Source of the DNA: a virus
Lineage: Duplodnaviria > Caudoviricetes
DNA length: 24,560 nt
IMG/VR virus record: IMGVR_UViG_3300037440_000161
Coordinates: 1 to 24,560 of that record
Direction: 5' to 3' (one strand)
In this document: in pieces, positions 7,957-14,261 of the stretch
Numbering within the stretch: the stretch's first letter is position 1
Layout of the letters: every line of letters begins with the position of its first letter
Position numbers and translations under genes: made by a program
Notes under the pieces: model-generated
Database searches by the model: none
What the model saw: the letters and a program-made list of their open reading frames with translations, nothing else
What the model was told of the DNA's origin: nothing

Positions 7957-8160
7957 TTATTTGGCTAGTTTGAGGATATTCTCAACGGCAATCCTTCTTC
8001 TTCGTAAACACTTCAAACAAGTAACTTCAGACCAGTCAGACGTAGCATAATGCGGGGCGTAACGGCCGCACACAGTCTGACTAATAACATTCTCGTTCTT
8101 CCATGCGTGCCTGACTATATCTTTTGGCTTTCCGTTCGGGTATCTATCTCCTGCGCTCAT
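7957..8160 (-). CDS. small zinc-binding protein
   Basis: H...TVCGR...VTCLKC. Confidence 0.6.
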   Translation of the reverse strand: MSAGDRYPNGKPKDIVRHAWKNENVISQTVCGRYAPHYATSDWSEVTCLKCLRRRRIAVENILKLAK

Positions 8161-8255
8161 CTTTGAAAATTGATTAAGTAAAACTCGATAGCCTTATACC
8201 CGTACCGAAGTAGGACAATAGTTATAACTATGGTGAGGGTGTGAAGGCGGGTCAT
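8157..8255 (-). CDS. 32-aa hydrophobic peptide (not in ORF track)
   Basis: MTRLHTLTIVITIVLLRYGYKAIEFYLINFQR; ATGA overlaps at both ends. Confidence 0.55.
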   Translation of the reverse strand: MTRLHTLTIVITIVLLRYGYKAIEFYLINFQR

Positions 8256-8449
8256 GACGCATTTGGATTCTTGATGTGACGAACAAGATTGTTTGCGGCA
8301 CTTTCAATTGTCCATCGTTCTTCTTCGGTTCCCCTCCGTGGGTAGCAAATGATTTCGCATCCTTGCAGGATAGCCTTTAGATTGTCATGCTTTTCCTTAG
8401 GCGTCTGTCCCTCAATCATTTCGTAAATCAGTCTTTCGTAGCTTTGCAT
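8252..8449 (-). CDS. hypothetical protein
   Basis: Operon-consistent ORF. Confidence 0.6.
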   Translation of the reverse strand: MQSYERLIYEMIEGQTPKEKHDNLKAILQGCEIICYPRRGTEEERWTIESAANNLVRHIKNPNAS

Positions 8450-8703
8450 ATCCCTAGTTGTTTGATGGTTTCGAGGGCCGAATCTGACAACTTACGTGAT
8501 TCAGGTATGGAGAATTCATGATTGTAAAATGAACTGATCGCCTCTTCCGCCTGCCTGAGTGCTTCCCTTAGCTTTTCGTTTTCTTGTTGAGCGTATGCTT
8601 TCATGGCCATAATTTCAATTGAATCTCCATGTCCAGCCTCAGCCCAACATTGCTCGGCGCTTATCTCTAACAGTATCTCTTCAGCGGTTTTCATTCCCTT
8701 CAT
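8428..8703 (-). CDS. hypothetical protein with ENEKLREAL module
   Basis: MKTAEEIL...AMKAYAQQENEKLREALRQ. Confidence 0.65.
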   Translation of the reverse strand: MKGMKTAEEILLEISAEQCWAEAGHGDSIEIMAMKAYAQQENEKLREALRQAEEAISSFYNHEFSIPESRKLSDSALETIKQLGICKATKD

Positions 8704-9119
8704 AGCGTATTGTTGACTGTTTCAATGAACTCTTCGTTTAGCCTTATCCACAGAGGCTTATCCACCGGTAGTATATCACGATTCCTCCATACTGATAGCG
8801 TTTCCACCGCAGCGTCTCTTCCCTTTATGAGTGCTTCTCTCAGCTTCAGGTTCTCGGCGTCAGATCTTTCACGTTCCTTTTTAACACCAGATACATACCC
8901 ATATTTAACTTGATCATATAGATACGCCTCAGTAATGTGGTGATGTATTTCGGAGTCATCATTGTCCCATGTTTTAGACGCAAAAGAAACAGCCTCTGCT
9001 TCTATTTTAGCTAAGTATTCTTCCGTAAATCCCTCAGCAGCCATTTTTGTTTTAAGCGTATCCCACGCCCGGAATTTTATTTTCCGCAGCCCCGGCGTCC
9101 ATGCTTTGTTTTCTTCCAT
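8700..9119 (-). CDS. mosaic hypothetical protein (MEENKA.TPG + YopX-like N-motif + ENLKLREAL)
   Basis: RKIKFRAWD resembles the YopX-family N-terminus; shares segments with neighbours. Confidence 0.65.
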   Translation of the reverse strand: MEENKAWTPGLRKIKFRAWDTLKTKMAAEGFTEEYLAKIEAEAVSFASKTWDNDDSEIHHHITEAYLYDQVKYGYVSGVKKERERSDAENLKLREALIKGRDAAVETLSVWRNRDILPVDKPLWIRLNEEFIETVNNTL

Positions 9120-9129
9120 GATTCAATGT

Positions 9130-9351
9130 TTATTTATGGAATGGCTGGATGAAGTCAGATTTGACAATCTCATGGACTCTGCGTAGCGACAACCTATTCC
9201 ATCCGAAAGCGACGGTATACCATTCTTCTGACGTTGTGCCGTCGTCGAATGTCACGCGGTACAGTCCGCTATTTGCCGGATACTTGTCGGTGCCTTTGAC
9301 TAATTCCCTGGGATGGTCAAGAGTTGATGCTGTCCAAAAGTGTGTATTCAT
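9130..9351 (-). CDS. hypothetical protein
   Basis: Bounded exactly by two linker copies. Confidence 0.7.
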   Translation of the reverse strand: MNTHFWTASTLDHPRELVKGTDKYPANSGLYRVTFDDGTTSEEWYTVAFGWNRLSLRRVHEIVKSDFIQPFHK

Positions 9352-9361
9352 GATTCAATGT

Positions 9362-9625
9362 TTAAGCGTTAAGAAACTTCACCGGCTCTTTCCTCGCGTA
9401 CTTTGCCAGCTTGTCCAGCATCTTGATTCTGGCGTTGATGTGCCGTACCATTTCGTACACTACTCTTTTGGACTTGCACCTTCTTTTGTCCTTGTCTTTA
9501 TGGGTAGCCTGACAGACTGCGGATTCTGATATGCCTAGTTTTTTTGCTACCGCTACGTTGTCCCCGTGTTCCCAATGCAGGTTAATCCAGTCTACCAAGT
9601 CGTTGTATGTGCGGGGGGTGTCCAT
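9362..9625 (-). CDS. HTH DNA-binding protein (Cro/CII-like)
   Basis: NVAVAKKLGISESAVCQA helix-turn-helix. Confidence 0.7.
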   Translation of the reverse strand: MDTPRTYNDLVDWINLHWEHGDNVAVAKKLGISESAVCQATHKDKDKRRCKSKRVVYEMVRHINARIKMLDKLAKYARKEPVKFLNA

Positions 9626-9642
9626 AATTCAATGTTTGCGGG

Positions 9643-9936
9643 TCATTTGAGTAGGGCGTTGATGGTCTCAGTAAGCCTCCCCTCTTGTGCATTGCGGGGC
9701 CTATCCTGAAAGTAATCACTTACCTGCCTGAGCGCTTCCCTTAGCTTTTCGTTCTCGGCATAGAGGTCGGGGCATTTAGCTAGGTTGTTGCCATTTATGT
9801 CGCGTTGCTCCGCGCTCCATCCATATTGCCATCCATACAGCCTGGCAATAGTTTTACCTTCACCGTCTAACAATATGTCCCTTTCATAGCGCCATGGTGG
9901 CGGCGCTCCCGGCGTAAATGCTTTGTTTTCTTCCAT
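9643..9936 (-). CDS. hypothetical phage protein, TPG.PW type
   Basis: FTPGAPPPW...G.TIA.L...EQRDING..LAKCPDL...ENEKLREAL. Confidence 0.7.
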   Translation of the reverse strand: MEENKAFTPGAPPPWRYERDILLDGEGKTIARLYGWQYGWSAEQRDINGNNLAKCPDLYAENEKLREALRQVSDYFQDRPRNAQEGRLTETINALLK

Positions 9937-9946
9937 GATTCAATGT

Positions 9947-10165
9947 TTAAACCTTAGTTTCTTCTGATAAACCACGGTTTACTCGCTTCTCAAATTTTTT
10001 TAGCCCCTCTAAGAAGATTTCAAGGTGGAGCTCACGGTCGCTGATTGATCTTGTGGATTGCTTCTGCTTGTCGGCTTTGAGCGCGTAAAAACGCATCAAA
10101 ACGTCCTTAGAGGGCCGAATTTGCAGTAGTCCACCTATTTGCACACTTGTTTTTTGTCCCGCCAT
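9947..10165 (-). CDS. first early gene; Cro-position regulator, possibly ribbon-helix-helix
   Basis: Likely start ATG 10165 (MAGQKT); LQIRPS strand followed by two predicted helices; divergent from repressor. Confidence 0.55.
   Translation of the reverse strand: MAGQKTSVQIGGLLQIRPSKDVLMRFYALKADKQKQSTRSISDRELHLEIFLEGLKKFEKRVNRGLSEETKV
9948..9981. promoter_or_regulatory. auxiliary operator pair TAAAC-N4-GTTTA
   Basis: TAAACCTTAGTTTC (9948) and TAAACCACGGTTTA (9968). Confidence 0.6.
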
Positions 10166-10170
10166 ATTTG

Positions 10171-10195
10171 TATATTTGAAATTTTTGTATATTTG
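10171..10195 (+). promoter_or_regulatory. candidate repressor promoter (-7 boxes)
   Basis: TATATTTG at 10171-10178 and 10188-10195; -33 spacing imperfect. Confidence 0.45.
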
Positions 10196-10222
10196 ATTAA
10201 TGGATTTTGTGAATTGACGAAT

Positions 10223-10265
10223 CAAATATACTAAACTATAGTTTACAAATCCAAACCTTAGTTTA
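10223..10265 (-). promoter_or_regulatory. early lytic promoter with overlapping operator pair
   Basis: Minus strand TTTG(10252-55)-N21-TATATTTG(10223-30); operators TAAACTATAGTTTA (10232) and CAAACCTTAGTTTA (10252). Confidence 0.75.
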
Positions 10266-10275
10266 AAAATATTTT

Positions 10276-10701
10276 ATGGCCTCAAAAACGTACACTTTCG
10301 GGGATAAAATCAAGGTTTTGATGGAAGGCATGAGCCGCAAACAGTTGGCAGAAAAGACAGGTGTATCAATACAGATGATTGGCAAGTACATCAACAAGGG
10401 TAGCAATGTCGAATTAGAGCAAGCTGCCCAGTTCGCCAAAGCCTTTGGCATCACAATTGATGATTTGTATAATACCGATCCGGAGACACTGAAACGAAAG
10501 CTGACGGGATTGCGCAGGGAGCGGATCAAACAGCAATTAGATAAGGAAGTCTTACCTGAGTTGCAGGGTCAGATCGAGGGCTACCTTGAGGCTAAGAAAG
10601 GCGCGGACACGGTGGTTCTAAAACAGGCCAATGAAATTCAAATGCTTCGTCGTTCTATTAATGATCTTATGAACGGCGGTCACCCGAGACACGGCCCATG
10701 A
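10276..10701 (+). CDS. XRE/CI-like phage repressor
   Basis: GMSRKQLAEKTGVSIQMIGKYINKG...LEQAAQFAKAFGITIDDL; divergent from early operon; no S24 peptidase domain evident. Confidence 0.85.
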   Translation: MASKTYTFGDKIKVLMEGMSRKQLAEKTGVSIQMIGKYINKGSNVELEQAAQFAKAFGITIDDLYNTDPETLKRKLTGLRRERIKQQLDKEVLPELQGQIEGYLEAKKGADTVVLKQANEIQMLRRSINDLMNGGHPRHGP

Positions 10702-10921
10702 TGTCCGAACACCTTAAAAGACTAAGCATGGAAAGGCCAGTGCTTATTTTCGTTTCTATCTTTAGCCTTTCAAGAATTGGGATGACCGAACCGCTAAGGG
10801 CAAGGTAATCGCGATAACGATCAATTGAATCCTGGATTAACTGAGCTAACATATCCTGATTGATGTCCTCTGCCGCCAATAGGGCATTCATGCTCAGGAT
10901 TGACTGGGCCAACTGTGGCAT
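10667..10921 (-). CDS. possible helical hypothetical protein
   Basis: In-frame ATG 10921 within the track ORF; overlaps the repressor 3' end convergently. Confidence 0.3.
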   Translation of the reverse strand: MPQLAQSILSMNALLAAEDINQDMLAQLIQDSIDRYRDYLALSGSVIPILERLKIETKISTGLSMLSLLRCSDIMGRVSGDRRS

Positions 10922-11002
10922 AATTGAGAGGGTTATGTTTGGGATAAATAAGATAAGACTCTCAAGTGGAATATCCAAAACATAATTGCTTATATTTGAG
11001 GC

Positions 11003-11188
11003 ATGGCAGCAAAGAAAAGATTGTTTACAGTTGAAACCGGAGAAAGGCGCGTTGGTAAAACACATCGATTTACTGAGCATTTGCTTCAAAGTGAGGATGT
11101 ATCAAAGGAATCTAAAGCCCAAATTCAGTTCGAGAAGTTGAACCACCTGAGACATAAAATTGTAATATCCAAAAAATCACCCCATTAA
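11003..11188 (+). CDS. small protein with P-loop-like GERRVGKT, possibly leaderless
   Basis: TATATTTG at 10991-10998 only 4 nt before ATG. Confidence 0.5.
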   Translation: MAAKKRLFTVETGERRVGKTHRFTEHLLQSEDVSKESKAQIQFEKLNHLRHKIVISKKSPH

Positions 11189-12340
11189 CCGCTTTAGTTC
11201 CTCATTGACTTCCTCAGTAGTCCACCCAATATAGGCCGAAGTTTGTTCTATGCTTGAATGCCCGTAGTACTTACTGAGCTTGAATATATCGCCCCCTCGC
11301 TCCATCCACATACGCCCAAAGGTTCTACGGGCTACGTGGGTTGTGATCATCTTATGTTTAGGCAGTAAATCCACCAGTCTTTCGTTACCTCGGTATCTTA
11401 CTTTTTCAATGGTATCTGTTAACTTTGCGGTCCTGGCGATCTGCTTAATGCGTTCATTACAATCTTGTTGGTATAATTTAGGTGCAGTGAAGCCCCAACG
11501 CCTGGCTATGACTGAAGCCTTTGAGGAAAGCAATATATTTTGGTCCAGCCGGGTTTTAATGACGCTGAAGTCCAGGTATACGTCCTTACCTCTTTTTATG
11601 AAGTGGTGAGGGCGAAGCTGTTGAACATCGGAGAACCTTAAACCAGTGTAGGCCCTGAACAAAAATTCGTCACGGTATACCAGGTCTTTGTCCACGGGGG
11701 TGAAGGCTTCAAGTAGCTTTAATTCCTTCTCTGTTAGCCATACCGGCTTAGGCTGTACATATTTGAACTTGAATCCTGAGCAGTCCGGGTGAACGTGAAC
11801 GCCTCGCTTTTGGGCTGTCTGTAACGCAAGCCGTATCTTTCTGACGTAGTCATGGATGGAGCCATTCTGCAAACCCTTTTCAATAAGGTGGGTAACGAAA
11901 TTGTTCATCTGCACCTGGTCGAAGTCCTTAGCCGCAACGTCTTTCCAGTCCCTGACTTTATCGGCCATGTACAAAAACTTTCGGGTATGGTTATGTGCCA
12001 GGGTTCGCATGTTGTCTTTGGCATAGCCTTCCATCAGGTCGGCCACCGTGGGCTCTGTGACTACCCTTGGAACCTTCCAGTACTTTCGAATAGTTGCAGG
12101 GCTCACCGGGATCTTGTCGTACTCAAGCCTCAAAAGAATATCGGTCAACTCGGACTTTCTTTTGTTTAAAATTCCATTCAATTCCTTATGGTGGGGCATG
12201 GAAGATTTAATAACTTGCTTCTCGTGATCCCATGATCCGGATAGGACTTTAACCCCAACCCTGACCCAGATATTGCGGTAGACAAAGTACAGGCGGCTCA
12301 GGCCGGACTTGTCGGGGGCTTTCAGGAAGGCTTTGATCAT
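11177..12340 (-). CDS. int: tyrosine integrase
   Basis: YTGLRFSD, VIKT, HVARRTF, GHSS, TSAYI catalytic motifs; N-terminal arm-binding-like region; likely start ATG 12340. Confidence 0.95.
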   Translation of the reverse strand: MIKAFLKAPDKSGLSRLYFVYRNIWVRVGVKVLSGSWDHEKQVIKSSMPHHKELNGILNKRKSELTDILLRLEYDKIPVSPATIRKYWKVPRVVTEPTVADLMEGYAKDNMRTLAHNHTRKFLYMADKVRDWKDVAAKDFDQVQMNNFVTHLIEKGLQNGSIHDYVRKIRLALQTAQKRGVHVHPDCSGFKFKYVQPKPVWLTEKELKLLEAFTPVDKDLVYRDEFLFRAYTGLRFSDVQQLRPHHFIKRGKDVYLDFSVIKTRLDQNILLSSKASVIARRWGFTAPKLYQQDCNERIKQIARTAKLTDTIEKVRYRGNERLVDLLPKHKMITTHVARRTFGRMWMERGGDIFKLSKYYGHSSIEQTSAYIGWTTEEVNEELKRLMG

Positions 12341-12565
12341 TCTAAGGATTTGGCTAAAGAACCTGAATATAAGACAGTAAGTTGAAAGTAAGTACAGGTT
12401 AAGCAGATAGTTAGTAAATACCTGTAACAAAGACCAGTTACGGAAGCATGCAGTTGAACCCAGGGCGTATTAAAAGGTTCTATTCGATCCCGGCAGGGGG
12501 CTCACAAAGTTAGCTACAGATATTAAAAACAGCGATTACAAATTTTCGTCTAACCATTTGGCTAA
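12341..12565. other. attP with tRNA-3'-end core and arm-type repeats
   Basis: Core TTCGATCCCGGCAGGGGGCTCA (12483-12504); flanking TCTAA(GG/CC)ATTTGGCTAA at 12341 and 12549; adjacent to int. Confidence 0.75.
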
Positions 12566-12611
12566 GACAATTCCATTCACTACATTCGTTTATGAAGCCG
12601 TTGCATTTCAT

Positions 12612-12675
12612 CAGACCCGCGTCTATTGGCGAAGGAGGGAGCAACGGCCCTTCAATGTCGAGATTCGCGGGTCTG
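12612..12675 (+). other. long imperfect hairpin in 5' leader
   Basis: CAGACCCGCG/CGCGGGTCTG, with inner TCT/AGA and GAAGG/CCTTC. Confidence 0.65.
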
Positions 12676-12696
12676 GTTGTTTTAAATAACTTCATT

Positions 12697-13200
12697 ATGA
12701 AATACTGGTTAGGAACAAATCAACAGGGCATTGCTGAAATCATTGAATCAAATGAACGTCCAAAAATGACCTCGGAAGGTGGCCCATACGGCAGTCTTTC
12801 TACCAGCTACAACTCACTGGATGATTTAATTAAGGAACGCAGGATTCATACAGAGAAATGTATTGAGTGTGGAGGGGTTATTTCTCTTAATTTTATGGGC
12901 GACTTGCCTGAAAAGCTAAAAGCAAAAAAGCTATGCTTCAGTTGCAATCATTGGGTTGAGATAATTGAGGACAAAGACAACCCCCGTAGATGCTTTGTCA
13001 AAGGTGCGGCATATTGGAGAAAAGATTTCTGCAATATACGGTTGGAAGATCAACACGTTTTAGGGTTTTCAGGCGCTGTGTTCAATATAAAAATGAATTC
13101 AGGGGAGCAGTACAGAACGAATGATCTTTGGCACAATGGCATGATCCCAAATCGATTCACTGAAAGACTTCCTGACAATGCTGTATTTCAGGGGGACTAA
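12697..13200 (+). CDS. hypothetical phage protein with CxxC..CxxC
   Basis: CIEC, CFSC, GFSG, TNDLWHNG.IP..F..RLPDNA; likely start ATG 12697 after the hairpin. Confidence 0.7.
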   Translation: MKYWLGTNQQGIAEIIESNERPKMTSEGGPYGSLSTSYNSLDDLIKERRIHTEKCIECGGVISLNFMGDLPEKLKAKKLCFSCNHWVEIIEDKDNPRRCFVKGAAYWRKDFCNIRLEDQHVLGFSGAVFNIKMNSGEQYRTNDLWHNGMIPNRFTERLPDNAVFQGD

Positions 13201-13255
13201 CGGCCTTCGGAGTCTGGTATTCACGGGCTTGTTAATTTAAAGACATTCACTGGTA

Positions 13256-13413
13256 AGGATGTATGGCGGAAGAAAGACGCGGCGCAAAATAATGTAAGGA
13301 TAATGCGCTGTACCATCGAGTCGGCTGAAGGAATTTAAAATGCCTTTCAGTAATCTGGCTTATGGCCCTTACAGGACAGACATCCGGGTATCGAATCCCG
13401 GTGCATCCTGCCA
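13256..13413 (+). ncRNA. non-canonical tRNA-like RNA (~158 nt)
   Basis: Acceptor AGGATGTA/TGCATCCT + G + CCA; D-arm TGGCGGAAGAAAGACGC; GCGCA/TGCGC stem with 17-nt loop; long variable hairpin; T-arm CCGGG-TATCGAAT-CCCGG. Confidence 0.75.
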
Positions 13414-13422
13414 GTGATATTT

Positions 13423-13474
13423 AACCAGCGCCGGGAGGTTTCGGATTAGGGTCTTTTCCTTCCGGCTGCTGGTT
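13423..13474 (+). terminator. hairpin downstream of tRNA-like RNA (terminator or processing stem)
   Basis: AACCAGC-GCCGGGAGG / CCTTCCGGC-T-GCTGGTT; short T tail. Confidence 0.5.
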
Positions 13475-13515
13475 TAAAAGATTAAGACAAGAGTTATGAA
13501 ATGCAGAAATAGGAG

Positions 13516-13677
13516 ATGAGCGAGGAAGAAATCAGGAAAGCAGCCAATAACTTCGTCGAACAACTATTCGGCATCAGACAGACAAGTATTTTCTGCATCA
13601 ACTGCCGTGCGGAGAATTGCCGGTATAACCAATACTGCATCCGATGCAACATTCCATTCATTCAATTCAACAACTGA
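13516..13677 (+). CDS. 53-aa zinc-ribbon protein (not in ORF track)
   Basis: FCINCRAEN...YCIRCN. Confidence 0.65.
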   Translation: MSEEEIRKAANNFVEQLFGIRQTSIFCINCRAENCRYNQYCIRCNIPFIQFNN

Positions 13678-13681
13678 ACCC

Positions 13682-13861
13682 ATGAGCGACAACGGAACAG
13701 ACATAGACGCAAGAATCAACCTCTTGCAGGAAGAGCGCAAAGCCTACCAGGTACTGGCCAACGACAACCAAGCCAAAGCCTCCGAAATCCTGAAGAAAAT
13801 CAGGAAATTGGAAAAGGAGAAAGAGCGCCAGGCTAAGAGGCTAAACACCATACTAGGTTGA
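13682..13861 (+). CDS. small coiled-coil protein
   Basis: Likely start ATG 13682; heptad-like charged sequence. Confidence 0.6.
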   Translation: MSDNGTDIDARINLLQEERKAYQVLANDNQAKASEILKKIRKLEKEKERQAKRLNTILG

Positions 13862-14000
13862 TTTACAGGAATTGCCTAAATTTACCCCCATGTTAACAGA
13901 CGCAAGCCATTTCCACAAGTTCATTGCCCTCCGGAGGGTAGCATGGACTACTGGTTGTGGCTTTCGTGTTTAGGAGCCTGATTAATCAAATTCTTTCAAA

Positions 14001-14261
14001 ATGGCCAAACAGGGCGGCGCAAGACCCGGATCAGGACGCAAAGCACTTGCCGTTGAGGATAACGTAAAGGAAGCAATAAAGCAGGCCCTTGCATCCAGCG
14101 GTCCGGACGCGTTAGCTAAAATTTGGGCTAAAATCATTTCAAAAGCTAAGCAGGGGTCAGAAAAGCATTGTCAATTATTCCTGAGTTACTACTACGGGAA
14201 GCCCAAAGAGAACCTGGAACAGCCTACAGAAATGATCATCAATGTCGTGCATAGAGATTGA
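14001..14261 (+). CDS. terS: terminase small subunit (putative)
   Basis: GGARPGSGRK N-terminus, A..G...H.QLFLSYYYGKP; directly upstream of and overlapping terL. Confidence 0.7.
   Translation: MAKQGGARPGSGRKALAVEDNVKEAIKQALASSGPDALAKIWAKIISKAKQGSEKHCQLFLSYYYGKPKENLEQPTEMIINVVHRD

Larger units (their letters stand above)
9091..9949. repeat. repeated intergenic linker and 42-bp direct repeat
   Basis: 42 bp with 2 mismatches at 9091-9132 and 9908-9949; core CATGATTCAATGTTTA also at 9349-9364; variant at 9623-9637. Confidence 0.9.

Noticed and set aside
202-9529. Plus-strand ORFs in the left arm (and minus-strand ORFs over the right-arm genes)
   Set aside because: Antisense shadows of tightly coupled operons, with no motifs.
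8550-9756. Diversity-generating retroelement TR/VR pair
   Set aside because: Repeats are short with only two mismatches, and no reverse transcriptase is present in the window.
9091-9949. CRISPR array or integron attC array
   Set aside because: Repeats are 16 bp, non-palindromic and separated by whole genes of unequal length; no cas genes or attC-like hairpins.
12341-12430. N-terminal extension of the integrase to the non-ATG start at 12430
   Set aside because: The extension runs through attP arm sequence; ATG 12340 gives a normal-length integrase.
12483-12504. Complete tRNA gene at the att core
   Set aside because: The 5' T-stem strand and the rest of the cloverleaf are absent; only the 3' end is present.
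13256-13413. Canonical tRNA, tRNA-Sec, tmRNA or intron-containing tRNA
   Set aside because: No 7-nt anticodon loop, no D-loop GG, no UCA, no G3-U70, and far too short for tmRNA or a group I intron.
13890-13973. 27-aa ORF just after a TAAATTTA box upstream of terS
   Set aside because: Too short, no motif; may simply be the late promoter leader.
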